Origin: Planctomycetota bacterium
GTDB lineage: Bacteria > Planctomycetota > B15-G4
Assembly: GCA_038212275.1 (NCBI GenBank)
Contig: JBBQUR010000007.1
Span: forward strand, 64,001-128,000
Length of the DNA: 64,000 bases
Direction of reading: 5' to 3'
Shown: positions 17,652 to 27,750 of the stretch, one piece after another
Layout of the letters: every line of letters starts with the position of its first letter
Numbering within the stretch: the stretch's first letter is position 1
Position numbers and translations under genes: made by a program
The notes under the pieces: model-generated
Databases searched by the model: none
What the model was told of the DNA's origin: nothing
Seen by the model: the letters and a program-made list of their open reading frames with translations, nothing else

Positions 17652-20135
17652 TCAGAGCCGGTGGAGCATCGCGCGCAGTTGCGCGCACAGGCCCGACGCG
17701 TCGTTGGCAAGGCTGGCCGGGACGGGCGCGTGGACGTAGCCGAGGCTGTCGAGCTGTTCGCGGCGCTCCGCGTCGGCAATCCCGCCGTCGCTTGCAGCAT
17801 CGGGCGACGTCGACGGGCCGGCGCCACCGGCTGCCGCTTCGTTGCGGCCTTCCTCGGCGCAGACCTCGGCGCAGAGCTCGCGGAACATGAGTGCCGCGCT
17901 GGCCGGGCGCTCCGCGATGAGATTCGTCGTCTCGCCCGGATCGCGGCCGATGTCGTACAGCGCCCGCCGACGCGTGGCCATGTCCACCACGAGCCGCAGC
18001 GACCCTGAGGTCCAGCTCAGCACCGGGACCGCCGCCGCGCTGCGTGCGAGCATGCCGCGCGCCGGATCGAGTGCGCCGGCCAGCAGGTCCGTGCCGTCCA
18101 TCGTGTCCGGTGCGGGCAGGCCGGCCAGAGCGAGGATCGTCGGCGCGACATCCGCCAGCGTGGCGGGCCCCGTCCGCCGGCCCGCGTCGCGACCCGGTAC
18201 GGCGAACACGAGCGGCACATCCACCTGCTCGCTCCACAACTCGTCGCCGTGCTCGAGGGCGCCGTGTTCGCCGAGCGACTCGCCGTGGTCCGACAACACC
18301 ACCACCACCGTGTCCTCCTCGCGGCCGGCACGGGCGATTTCCTCGAGCAGACCACCCAGCACGCGATCGGCCAGCGCCACGCGCGCCGCGTAGAGATCGC
18401 GCAGGTGGCTCCAGCCGGCGTCGTCGACGGCGACCTCGGTGGTGCGGTAGGCGTTGATCCACTCGCGCGTGCCGGCGACCGGCCCGTCGTAGGGCGCGAC
18501 GAAGCGAGCGAGCAGGTCGTCCGGCGCTTCGTAAGGCGCGTGCGGCTCGAAGACGTGCACCCACGCGAGGAAGGGCTTGCCCGCGCTGTCCTCGAGGAAG
18601 CGCTTCAATCGCGGCAGCAGGTGCCGGCCGTCGACGCCCTCGTCGAAGATGTCCGCGTCGAGGAAAAGCTCGTCGAAGCTGTCGAAGCCCGCGGCATAAC
18701 CGTGCTCCTTCGCCGTGTTCGGATTGGTCATGAACGCTCCGGTGCGCCAGCCGTGCTCGGCCAGCAGCGCGGCCAGCCGCGGCGTGTCCGGGCGCAGCGC
18801 CTGCACGCCGTGCTCGTCCTCGAAAAGCGCAACGCCGTGGTGCAGCGGACCCTGGCCCGTGAGCAGCGTGCCCACCGAGGCCAGCGTGTAGGACGAAAGC
18901 GTCGTGGCGTCGGAGAAGGAGATGCCGCGCCGGATCACGGCATCGAGCGCGGGCGTCGTGCTCTGTCCACGATGCTGCGCGGACACCCAGCGCGCCGCGA
19001 GCGCATCGAGCGTGACGACGAGGAACGACGGCCGGGCCGGTCGAGGCGCCGCTCCGGGTGCCGCTCCGGGCACCGATCCGGATGCATCCACGGGTGCCGC
19101 TGCGGTGTCGGGCGCGCGCGAGTGCGCGGCATCGCTCTTCGTCGTCGCCGCGAGTTCGCTCCATGACTCGGGCACGAGCACCTGCATGCCGCCGAGGCGC
19201 ACGCGCTTGTCGCGCCATGCGGGCTGGTCGTCGTCGCGCGCCCAGGCCTCGAGCAGCACGGCCTTGCCCGCCCACGGCGTGAGGTCGAAGCGCACTTCGG
19301 AAAGCGCTCGCTCGCCGGGCTGAAACGTGCGCAGCGGCGTGCGGTTGCCCGCATCGGTCACGAGCGACAGCTCGAGCGGCAGGCCCAGCTCGAGCGGCGT
19401 GAAGCGCAACGCGACGCGCGGCGCCGCGGGCAGCATCAGCGGCACGCTCGACAGCGTGCCCGCGGGCAGCACAAGCACGCTGCGTGCGTCGGCGCCGCTA
19501 CCCTCGGTGACGAGGCCTGCGGACTCGGGTGGCGGCCACGGATCACGCCCTGCGCCTGCCGGAAGGAAGCGCGCCTGCGTGAGCACGCCGGAGATCGGGA
19601 GCGCGATCGGCTCGCCGAAGAGTCGCCGCGATTCCACGCGGTCGAAGAGCAATTCGACGCGATTGCTGCCGCGCCACTGGATGTCTTCAGAGACCAGCGT
19701 CCTGATGGTGATCAGCTCGGCGCCGGGCGAAAGCTCGTGATCGCCGAGGGCCTGCCCGTTGAACAGCACCGTGACGCGCTGGCTGCCGGTCGTGCCGTTG
19801 CTGAGCTGGAGTTCCAGCTCGCGGTCCGCCGGCTCGAGCACGTCCAGCAGGAAGGCAGGCCGATGGCCCACCAGCCACGCGAACGGCGGCGTCCCTGCCG
19901 GACGCGAGAGCACGCCGTTGCTGGCCGAGAACAGCTTGAGGTCAGCCTCGGTGGTCTGGGCCTGGCCGCGGCGCGTGCCGACGTTCAGCACCTCGGTCGT
20001 GCGCACCAGTTCGGCATCGCGCAGCGCGACCATCACGTTCTCGTACACCGCGAGACGCGTCGACTCGGGGACTCTCGGGCCGAGGTCGCGCCGCACATAC
20101 CAGAGCGACAGGCCGGCGAGGACCGCCGCCAGCAA
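17652..20135 (-). CDS. Membrane-anchored sulfatase-like (alkaline phosphatase superfamily) hydrolase/transferase
   Basis: VVTLDALAA, SYTLASVGTLLTG, HVFEPHAPY, LSDHGESLGEHG, LDSLGYV; start uncertain. Confidence 0.85.
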   Translation of the reverse strand: MLAAVLAGLSLWYVRRDLGPRVPESTRLAVYENVMVALRDAELVRTTEVLNVGTRRGQAQTTEADLKLFSASNGVLSRPAGTPPFAWLVGHRPAFLLDVLEPADRELELQLSNGTTGSQRVTVLFNGQALGDHELSPGAELITIRTLVSEDIQWRGSNRVELLFDRVESRRLFGEPIALPISGVLTQARFLPAGAGRDPWPPPESAGLVTEGSGADARSVLVLPAGTLSSVPLMLPAAPRVALRFTPLELGLPLELSLVTDAGNRTPLRTFQPGERALSEVRFDLTPWAGKAVLLEAWARDDDQPAWRDKRVRLGGMQVLVPESWSELAATTKSDAAHSRAPDTAAAPVDASGSVPGAAPGAAPRPARPSFLVVTLDALAARWVSAQHRGQSTTPALDAVIRRGISFSDATTLSSYTLASVGTLLTGQGPLHHGVALFEDEHGVQALRPDTPRLAALLAEHGWRTGAFMTNPNTAKEHGYAAGFDSFDELFLDADIFDEGVDGRHLLPRLKRFLEDSAGKPFLAWVHVFEPHAPYEAPDDLLARFVAPYDGPVAGTREWINAYRTTEVAVDDAGWSHLRDLYAARVALADRVLGGLLEEIARAGREEDTVVVVLSDHGESLGEHGALEHGDELWSEQVDVPLVFAVPGRDAGRRTGPATLADVAPTILALAGLPAPDTMDGTDLLAGALDPARGMLARSAAAVPVLSWTSGSLRLVVDMATRRRALYDIGRDPGETTNLIAERPASAALMFRELCAEVCAEEGRNEAAAGGAGPSTSPDAASDGGIADAERREQLDSLGYVHAPVPASLANDASGLCAQLRAMLHRL

Positions 20136-20162
20136 GAAGAGCAGGAGCGCGCGACGCGTGAC

Positions 20163-21449
20163 TCAGCCTCCGCCGGGCGCGGCCGGCTGCGCGGCACCCA
20201 GTGCGAGCGCCGCCTTGGCCTTCCACTCGATCGCGTCGGCGCTCACGCCGTCCACGCCGTCCACGCTCGCGAGGTACTTGTCCGCGCGCGTGGCGATGCG
20301 CTTCCAGTTTTCCTTGCCAGGCTCCAGGTCTCCCCCGCGCGTGAGCGGCTCGATGAAGTCGATGCGCCAGGCCGACAACGCGTAGTCCTTCAGCTCGCCG
20401 CGAAGCCTGGCCACCTGCACAGTGTCGGCGCCAGGCAGCTGCGCGTACTCCGCGATGGCGGGCAGCGCCTCCTTGAACTGGCGCGAGAAGCTGCGCAGGA
20501 AAATCTCGGCGCTCACGTCGTCGGCCGTCGGGGGCGTGTCCAGCGTGGCCACCTTGGCGTAGTAGGGAAACAGGCCCTTGACCTCGACGCAGCGCGGGTC
20601 GGCCGGGAAGCGGTTGAGGAAGTCCTTCGCCTTTTTGAGCATGTAGCGACAGTACGGCGTGTACTCCTTGCTGGTCGGCCCCGCGCGCTCGACGTAGTCC
20701 TTGCGCAACGACTGGATGCTGCCGAAGAGCGCGTCGGCGTCGCGCGCGTCGAACTGCGCCTCACCGGCGGCCCTCAACCCGCTGACCCGGGTGATCTCCT
20801 CCAAGGCGCGGGAGTGCATCGGGTCGTCTTCCGGAATGCTCTTCAGCTTGGCGATCGCCTCGTCGAAGCGCCCCGCGTTGACCAGGTCGAGCGCGCGCTT
20901 GAAGGTCGTCGTCGAGGGAGTGCTCGACGTCATCGCCCAGACGAGCGCCGCGCCACCGACCAGAACCAGCACCGCGACGGGAATGAGCCACTTGGGCTGT
21001 TCCTTGCGCCGCGCGTGCGAGGAGTTGCGTTCGCCGCCACCTCCACCGTGCACCGCAGCGTCGTGATTCGAGCGCGAGCCGTACTTGGCGCGCGGCGCGG
21101 CGCCACCTGCCGCACGGGTCGCGCGCGCGCCGGAGGTCACCGGCCCTCGCGCTGGTGCGACCCGGGCAGAGGGTGCCGCAGCCGCCGGCGGCCTCGCCGG
21201 CGCCTCGGCGGGCGCGGCCGGGGCGGGCGCTGGACCAGGCGCCGCAACAGGTGTCGGCCCGGTGGTCGCCGCGGCCGCGGGATGCGCGGCTGACGCTGCC
21301 GGCGCGGTCGGCGCGGTCGGCGCGGTCGCACCCGGGGCCGGGGGCACCTGCACGGGCGCCCCGCACTTGGGGCACTTGCCGCGGCGCCCGGCGAAGTCGG
21401 GCTTCACGGCAAAAGCGGCGCCACATCCCGAGCAGGTGACGCGGATCAT
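20163..21449 (-). CDS. Zinc-ribbon / Pro-Ala linker / TM / TPR-like protein
   Basis: CSGC...CPKC N-terminus, low-complexity linker, TM WLIPVAVLVLVGGAALVW, helical C-terminal domain. Confidence 0.8.
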   Translation of the reverse strand: MIRVTCSGCGAAFAVKPDFAGRRGKCPKCGAPVQVPPAPGATAPTAPTAPAASAAHPAAAATTGPTPVAAPGPAPAPAAPAEAPARPPAAAAPSARVAPARGPVTSGARATRAAGGAAPRAKYGSRSNHDAAVHGGGGGERNSSHARRKEQPKWLIPVAVLVLVGGAALVWAMTSSTPSTTTFKRALDLVNAGRFDEAIAKLKSIPEDDPMHSRALEEITRVSGLRAAGEAQFDARDADALFGSIQSLRKDYVERAGPTSKEYTPYCRYMLKKAKDFLNRFPADPRCVEVKGLFPYYAKVATLDTPPTADDVSAEIFLRSFSRQFKEALPAIAEYAQLPGADTVQVARLRGELKDYALSAWRIDFIEPLTRGGDLEPGKENWKRIATRADKYLASVDGVDGVSADAIEWKAKAALALGAAQPAAPGGG

Positions 21450-22351
21450 CGTGGTCGGTGTCCCGGGTGCGCGGGTGGCAGAAACGTCGGTCCGCGACGG
21501 CCGGGCGGCAGCGGCCGACGGAAGCGAATCCCCTCCGCCGACCGCAGCGGCGCGCGCTCCGCCGGTTCAGGCGCGCCCTGCGCGACAGGCAGGACGTCGC
21601 GCACAGGTTGCGGCAGCTCCGGAGTCCGCGCCGGCGCAGACGCAGCTGCCGCCGGCGGCTCCGGAGCGACAACCGGAACAGGCACGGGGAGAGCAACCGG
21701 TGCCAGTGGAGCAGGCGACCCAGGCTCCTCGACCGCATCAAGCACCTCAAGCTCTTCGAGCGCCTCAGACTCGTCAACCGACCCGAGCGACTCGAGCGGC
21801 TCGAGCGGGCCGAGCGGCTCGAGCGGGCCGAGCGACTCGAGCGGCTCAAGTTCTTCGAGCTCGAGCGATTCGACTTCGTCGGTCACGGGCGCGACCACCG
21901 GGCGCGGCGGCGGCGCGGCGGCCCTCGGCGCCTCGGCCTCGACGGGCTCATCGAGCGGCTGGAGCTCCTCCAGGGGCTCGAGCTCCTCCAGCACGGCGAG
22001 TTCGTCGAAGGTGGGCGGCGCGAGCTGTTCGGGCAGAGCCGTCGGGGCCAGCGCAGGGGAGGGCAGCGTCGCCGCCGGATTCTTGTAGAGGACGAGCGTT
22101 TCGCCGACACGCAACGTGTCGTTGTGCTGCAGGTCGGCGGACGTGCACTTCTCCTCGTTGTGGAAGAGCAGGCCCGACACGACGCGTACGCGGTGGCCGA
22201 AGGGCGTGCGCTCGACGACGAAGCTGCAACCCTGCGCGGAGGGGTGGCGCAGCACCACGTCGGCATCCGGCCCGGCGCCGACCCGCGTGGACGCGGCGGT
22301 CAGCTCCCTGATCGCCGGGCCCTGTCCTTCGTTGACGATCAGGCGCTCCAT
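21446..22351 (-). CDS. Degenerate FHA-like domain + acidic/Pro-rich tail
   Basis: TRVGAGPDADVVLRHPS...LQHNDTLRVGETLVLY; LEPL repeats; ATGA overlap with next gene. Confidence 0.7.
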   Translation of the reverse strand: MERLIVNEGQGPAIRELTAASTRVGAGPDADVVLRHPSAQGCSFVVERTPFGHRVRVVSGLLFHNEEKCTSADLQHNDTLRVGETLVLYKNPAATLPSPALAPTALPEQLAPPTFDELAVLEELEPLEELQPLDEPVEAEAPRAAAPPPRPVVAPVTDEVESLELEELEPLESLGPLEPLGPLEPLESLGSVDESEALEELEVLDAVEEPGSPAPLAPVALPVPVPVVAPEPPAAAASAPARTPELPQPVRDVLPVAQGAPEPAERAPLRSAEGIRFRRPLPPGRRGPTFLPPAHPGHRPR

Positions 22352-22417
22352 GGCGCGCGCTCCGTTCGGGGGTGCCGCCCAGCCGCGGGGGGCGGGGCAT
22401 TCTAGCGGGAACCGGAT

Positions 22418-24670
22418 CTAGAAGACCTGCTCCAGGCGGGCGTACTCCGCCATGAGCTGCTTGTCGCCGAAGCGTTCGAAGCGGACGTTGATGCGCGCCT
22501 TGCGGCCGGAGCCGTTCACGGACAGCACGACTCCCTGGCCGAAATGCGCGTGACGCACCGTGGCGCCGGGCCTCGGGATCTGCGGTCCGGCCTCGACGTC
22601 CAGATAGTCGTCGGGAGCCGGCATGTAGCCCGAAGAGCCGTCTTCTCCGACACCTGGCGCGCCCGCATCCTGATCTTCGGCGGCTCCCGAGGCGGGCCGA
22701 CCGTGGTGCAAGCCCCCCCACGGCGCGGGGGCCGCGCGCGCCGCGGACCGCTGGTCGAGCACGACGTGCTCATGCGGAATCTCGTCGAGGAAGCGGCTGG
22801 CGGAGCTCGGCATCCACTGCCCGAACGTGGAGCGCCTCGCCGCGTGCGAGAGCACCAGCTGGCGCTGCGCGCGCGTCATGCCGACATAGCAGAGGCGCCG
22901 TTCTTCCTGGATTTCCTCCTCGGATTCCAGCGAGCGCATGTGCGGCAACAGCCCTTCTTCCATGCCCACGATGAACACGGCGGGGAACTCCAGGCCCTTT
23001 GCGGCGTGCAGCGTCATGAGCGTCAGGCGATCGGCGCTCGGGTCGTAGCTGTCCACGTCGGAGAGGAGCGCCGTGTCCTGCAGGAAACCTGCGATGGAGG
23101 GTTCGGGCGAGTGACGCAGGTACTCCGCGAGCGCGGCCTCCAGTTCGCGCACGTTGTCCACGCGGTCGGCGCCTTCCTGGCCGCCGAAATCGCGCAGGTG
23201 CTCGAGGAAGCGCGTGCGCTCGAGCACGGCGCGAAAGGTCTCCTGCGGCGGGCCTTCCAGCGTGTCCTGCAGGCCGTCGAGAAGCGCCGAGAACTGCGCG
23301 AAAGCGGTCCTGGCGCGGGCAGGCAGGTCGGGCGCCTCGCCGGCACGACGCGCAGCTTCCCGAGGCCCGAGCCCCAGCGGCAGGGCCCACGCGCGCAACC
23401 GCTCCAGACTCGTGCGCCCGATGCCCCGGGTCGGCGTGTTCACGATGCGCAGGAAGGACACCGCGTCGGCGGGGTTCACCAGGATGCGCAGGTAGGCGAG
23501 CACGTCCTTGACCTCGGCTCGTTCGTAGAACTCGAGACTGCCCACGAGTTCGTAGCCGACGTTGTGCAGCCGCAGGGCGCGTTCGAGGGCCCGCGAGAGC
23601 GCGTTGGTCCTGTAGAAGACGGCGATGTCGGCCAGGCGCAGGCCGTCGTCACGCAGGCGCTTGATGCGGCGCACCACGGCATCGGCCTCGGTCTCCTCGT
23701 CCTCGGCCGAGAGGATGGTGATCTTCTGGCCGTCGCCGAGCTCGCTCCACAGCGGCCCCATGAGCCGCGCCGGGTTGTGCGCGATCACGCCGGACGCGGC
23801 GGCCAGGATGTGCCCTGTGCTGCGGTAGTTCTGCTGCAGGCGCACGACATGCGCGCCCGGGAAGTCGCGTTCGAAGTCGAGGATGTTCCGGATGCGCGCG
23901 CCGCGCCAGCGGTAGATCGACTGGTCGGGGTCGCCCGTCGCGCAGAGATTGCCGCTGCCGGACGCGATGTCGCGCGCGATGCGGTACTGGATCAGGTTGG
24001 TGTCCTGGTACTCGTCCACGAGCACGTGGCGGTAGCGGTCCTGGTAGCGCTGCAGCACGCCCGGGTGGTCGCGGTACAGCTCGACCGTGCGCAGCAGCAG
24101 GTCGTCGAAGTCGCAGGCGTTGGCTTCGCGCAGCCGCCCGGCGTAACCGGCATAGATGCGGCCGGCGATCTGGTCAAAGGGCGAGCCGTCCATCGCGGCT
24201 GCCTCCTCAGGCGGAATGGCGTCGTTCTTGAGGCGCGAGATCACGGCCAGCAGGGCGCGTGGCGCGATCGCCTGCGTGTCCACGCCAAGCTCCTTGCACA
24301 GGTCCTTGACCAGCGAAAGCTGGTCGTCCCGGTCGTAGATCGTGAAGCCCGAGGTCAGGCCGACGGCCGAGCCGTCGATGCGCAGAACCCGCGCGCAGAA
24401 GGCGTGAAAGGTGGCCATCAGCACCCGGCCGTCGCCGACCAGCGCCGCCACGCGGTCGCGCATCTCGCCCGCGGCCTTGTTCGTGAACGTGATGGCCATG
24501 ATCGACGAGGGCGAGACGCCCCGCGTGATCAGGTGGGCGATCCGGCGCGTGATGACCCGCGTCTTGCCGGACCCGGCGCCGGCGACGATGAGCAACGGAC
24601 CGTCGCCGTACTCCACGGCCTCGCGCTGAGGCTGGTTCAAATCGGCGAGCAAGGCGTCCCTGTCGAGCAC
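22418..24670 (-). CDS. pcrA: UvrD/PcrA ATP-dependent DNA helicase
   Basis: AGAGSGKT, ITFTNKAA, VDEYQD, GDPDQSIY, LMTLHAAKGLEF, EERRLCYVGMTRA, C-terminal Tudor-like domain. Confidence 0.96.
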   Translation of the reverse strand: MLDRDALLADLNQPQREAVEYGDGPLLIVAGAGSGKTRVITRRIAHLITRGVSPSSIMAITFTNKAAGEMRDRVAALVGDGRVLMATFHAFCARVLRIDGSAVGLTSGFTIYDRDDQLSLVKDLCKELGVDTQAIAPRALLAVISRLKNDAIPPEEAAAMDGSPFDQIAGRIYAGYAGRLREANACDFDDLLLRTVELYRDHPGVLQRYQDRYRHVLVDEYQDTNLIQYRIARDIASGSGNLCATGDPDQSIYRWRGARIRNILDFERDFPGAHVVRLQQNYRSTGHILAAASGVIAHNPARLMGPLWSELGDGQKITILSAEDEETEADAVVRRIKRLRDDGLRLADIAVFYRTNALSRALERALRLHNVGYELVGSLEFYERAEVKDVLAYLRILVNPADAVSFLRIVNTPTRGIGRTSLERLRAWALPLGLGPREAARRAGEAPDLPARARTAFAQFSALLDGLQDTLEGPPQETFRAVLERTRFLEHLRDFGGQEGADRVDNVRELEAALAEYLRHSPEPSIAGFLQDTALLSDVDSYDPSADRLTLMTLHAAKGLEFPAVFIVGMEEGLLPHMRSLESEEEIQEERRLCYVGMTRAQRQLVLSHAARRSTFGQWMPSSASRFLDEIPHEHVVLDQRSAARAAPAPWGGLHHGRPASGAAEDQDAGAPGVGEDGSSGYMPAPDDYLDVEAGPQIPRPGATVRHAHFGQGVVLSVNGSGRKARINVRFERFGDKQLMAEYARLEQVF

Positions 24671-24739
24671 GGCGTCACTTTCGTCTTGTGGTGCGGACCG
24701 GCATCATAGGCCCGCGCTGCGGCGTTGCGAGGTGAACAC

Positions 24740-25114
24740 ATGATCCTGGGACTTGGAACCGACCTGATCGAACTCTCACGGGTCGAAGCCGCCCTTGGCC
24801 GACACGGTGACACGCTCCTCGCGCGGCTGTTCACCGAACGCGAGAGGGCGTTGATGGAAGGTGACCGGCAACTCGTGCAGCGCGTGGCAGCGCGCTTCGC
24901 CGCCAAGGAGGCTGCTCTCAAGGCGCTCGGCACCGGCTGGAGCCGCGGGGTTGGCTGGCACGACGTGGAGGTGCTTGGCGGACGCGGTGAACCGCCGCAC
25001 CTGCACCTTCGAGGCGGAGCCCGTGCTCAGCTCTTCAAGCTGGGAGCCAGCCGGGCGCTCGTCACGATGACTCACACGTCCGGCCTCGCGTCCGCGACGG
25101 TCATCCTCGACTGA
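24740..25114 (+). CDS. acpS: Holo-[acyl-carrier-protein] synthase
   Basis: MILGLGTDLIE, AARFAAKEAALKALGTG. Confidence 0.95.
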   Translation: MILGLGTDLIELSRVEAALGRHGDTLLARLFTERERALMEGDRQLVQRVAARFAAKEAALKALGTGWSRGVGWHDVEVLGGRGEPPHLHLRGGARAQLFKLGASRALVTMTHTSGLASATVILD

Positions 25115-25188
25115 GGCCCGGACGCCCTTCGGCACCTGGTGCCAGGGCGCAACCGGTTGTCGTCGCGGCGTTGCGCCCCGACGCGCGC

Positions 25189-25902
25189 CTACTGAAAGGC
25201 GACGTTCAGCTCGCCGCCGCCGGAAAGTCCGGAGACTGCCGCGAGATGCATTTCGCCCGAGTCGCCCACCGACAGGAACACGATCGTGGCGCGGAATGGA
25301 GCGCCAGGGTAGTCGTGCCTCTCCAGCAGCTTCTCGAAGACCTCGAGATCGAGCGAAGGGAGATCGCCCAGGGCGATCAGGGCGAAAGGCGGGGTGACAC
25401 CGGCAAGCAGGTTCTCCAGCGACTGGCTGGAGCTGCTGCCCACGAGGAAAGCTGCGCGCGAGGTCGCGTTGCTGGCCGAGTGCATCACGAGGCCAAGCCC
25501 GATCTCCGTGCTCAGTGCGCCGCTTCCCTGCAGGCTGATGCTTCCCGTCGGAAGCTGCTCCGCGACGACGGCTCCGTCCGTGTGGAACTCGGCGTCCTCC
25601 GTGCCGACACCGAAGGCCATGGTCACGGCCGCATACTCCTCGGTGCTCACATGGAGCGTGGCCATCGAGACGTCGACGTTGACGCCCTCGAGTTGGCCCT
25701 CGACGGCCAGCGTCGTGTCGTGGCTGTTCGCCTGACCCGACGTGTGAATGGCCATCGCACCCGGGAGGATGCCGCCATTGTCGTTGTTCTGCGCGAGGAG
25801 GCCGCTGGCAAGTGCCGCCAGGCCGACGACCAGACTGCCGGCGAATGCGGACAGCTGGAGTCCTCGGTCGAGTCGATGACTGGCAATGAAGTCGTGTCTC
25901 AT
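25189..25902 (-). CDS. Hypothetical exported protein
   Basis: GGAGG RBS, hydrophobic N-terminal segment, third gene of the ECF/anti-sigma run. Confidence 0.7.
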   Translation of the reverse strand: MRHDFIASHRLDRGLQLSAFAGSLVVGLAALASGLLAQNNDNGGILPGAMAIHTSGQANSHDTTLAVEGQLEGVNVDVSMATLHVSTEEYAAVTMAFGVGTEDAEFHTDGAVVAEQLPTGSISLQGSGALSTEIGLGLVMHSASNATSRAAFLVGSSSSQSLENLLAGVTPPFALIALGDLPSLDLEVFEKLLERHDYPGAPFRATIVFLSVGDSGEMHLAAVSGLSGGGELNVAFQ

Positions 25903-25912
25903 GATTCCTCCG

Positions 25913-26959
25913 TTACGCGGCAAACAGCGCCGGCGCGTTGCGGTGCAACGATTCGCGCAGGTGTGCGTCTCGCTGCAACAACGCCGTAAAGTCCTTGGCC
26001 TGCGACAGAAGCTGCCGCGATTGATCGAGATGGGACGGGAAGCGCTCCACCAGCTCAGCGAAGTGGCGCGCGCTGCGCTCCTTCTGGCCGAGCTTTGCGC
26101 AGTCCATGCCCAGATTGACGAGAGCGGTGTAGAAGCGGGGCTCGCTGGAGCGACTGTCCTCGGCGGCGACCTGCTCGTAGCACTCGATGGCGCGCTGGTG
26201 CTCGAACCGGGTCGAGTGGACGTTGCCGAGGTATTGCAGCGCCATCAGGCGGTGCACGGGATCCTTGCCGGAGCGGTAGACCCGACGGAACTCCGTCCCT
26301 GCCCTGTCGAGCCTGCCGACGAGGAGGTAATGGAGGCCCAGATAGAGACGAGCCTCGTCGAGCTCCGGCCGCAGGGCGAGTGCCGCCGTCAGGCAGCGCA
26401 GACCGCTTGCGCAGGCACCGGCTCCGGGCGTCGGCGCATCGAAGAGCTTGCGCGAGCGGCCGAACAATGACCCGTGCCTGAAGTCGCCCCTGGATTCCAC
26501 GGGAGCGGCCGCCGCAAGCGCCTCACCCTCGCGCGCCACGCGACGCGCCCGGTCGGCGGTCACACGGATCTCGACGGCGCGCGACACGGGATTCACCTTC
26601 TGGAATCGGCGGCCGAGCGAGGCCTGATTTCCGGCGAGAACGTATGCCTTGCCCAGTTCGTAGAAGAGCCTGGAAAGCTCCTCCGACTTGTCCTGCAGCA
26701 GCCGACGCGTGATCCCGGCGAACAAGGCATGCCGGTCGACCAGCTCGCGGACGGCGTCTTCCGCCGACGCAGGAGCATCCGCGGCAGCAACGCGATGCAG
26801 TTCGGCCATCTCGCGGAGGTCATCCACATACGACCGACATGAGTCGCACTCCCGCAAGTGCGCCGTGAGCCGCGGCATTCCGGGCGCGGCCAGCTCGTGG
26901 TCGACGAAGAGGTTGATGTCTTTCTCGAAGTCAGTGCAGGCATGGGAGACGAGTTTCAT
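25913..26959 (-). CDS. Zinc-binding anti-sigma (zf-HC2) domain + TPR protein
   Basis: C...AHLRECDSC (HxxxCxxC), TPR-like helices, no TM segment; ATGA overlap with ECF gene. Confidence 0.85.
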   Translation of the reverse strand: MKLVSHACTDFEKDINLFVDHELAAPGMPRLTAHLRECDSCRSYVDDLREMAELHRVAAADAPASAEDAVRELVDRHALFAGITRRLLQDKSEELSRLFYELGKAYVLAGNQASLGRRFQKVNPVSRAVEIRVTADRARRVAREGEALAAAAPVESRGDFRHGSLFGRSRKLFDAPTPGAGACASGLRCLTAALALRPELDEARLYLGLHYLLVGRLDRAGTEFRRVYRSGKDPVHRLMALQYLGNVHSTRFEHQRAIECYEQVAAEDSRSSEPRFYTALVNLGMDCAKLGQKERSARHFAELVERFPSHLDQSRQLLSQAKDFTALLQRDAHLRESLHRNAPALFAA

Positions 26960-27750
26960 GATGCTTGCGATCCAAGGGTGCGCACCATCGACTGGAAGAT
27001 CTTCTTGCGAGCGCGGCAGACGATCATCTTGAAGTTCTCGAGGCGGACGCCCATGAGGCGGGCTGCCTCGGCGTAGGGCACTCTGTCGACCTCTACCAGT
27101 TGGAGAGCCCGTCGGTCACGCGACTTGAGGTCGCGTTCGTAAATCTCGGCGTACAGGCACAGAACGGTCAGGTAGACCCGCTGGCAGGAACTGTCCGACT
27201 CGGCCTCCTCGGACTCGTTGATCGGCGTTCGGACCCGCTCATCGGCCAGCACGTCGGTCATCAGGTCCATCGGAACGCCTTCGCGGCCGTCCACGTGAAG
27301 GTGCCTGTAAACCGTGTTCCGGATGATCGAGTAGGACCAGTTCCGGAAGGCGTTGGGCTGGTCGGGGCAGAAACGCGACGGGTACCGGTAGATGGCGAGG
27401 AAGGTCTCCTGGAGCACGTCGCCCAGATCTGCACGGCTGTTCGTCATGCGCATGATGCGGGTGGCGATCAGCGAGAACGGCCGCGAGTTCAGTTCGAACA
27501 GCAGCGTGAAGGCGGCCACGCTGCTGTGAACCCGGTAGTGATCCATGAGAGCGTTGTTCAGCGCCTGCAGCTCACCGGCACGCGGACCATCGAGGTGTGC
27601 CCCCAGCAGCTCATGAGGCTTCTCGGCGTGGACCCGGCGCGCTGCCTCGAGCTGGCCGGCCGTCACGCGCTCGATTCTGGGATCGGGCTCGACCGGGACA
27701 GCCGTGGTCAGGCTCGGCGTGGCCGGTCGAACGCGAAGCTTCCCCACCAT
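26956..27750 (-). CDS. ECF-type sigma factor with N-terminal extension (start may lie further upstream)
   Basis: DVLQETFLAIYRY, FRNWSYSIIRNTVY, PYAEAARLMGV...VCRARKKI. Confidence 0.85.
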   Translation of the reverse strand: MVGKLRVRPATPSLTTAVPVEPDPRIERVTAGQLEAARRVHAEKPHELLGAHLDGPRAGELQALNNALMDHYRVHSSVAAFTLLFELNSRPFSLIATRIMRMTNSRADLGDVLQETFLAIYRYPSRFCPDQPNAFRNWSYSIIRNTVYRHLHVDGREGVPMDLMTDVLADERVRTPINESEEAESDSSCQRVYLTVLCLYAEIYERDLKSRDRRALQLVEVDRVPYAEAARLMGVRLENFKMIVCRARKKIFQSMVRTLGSQAS

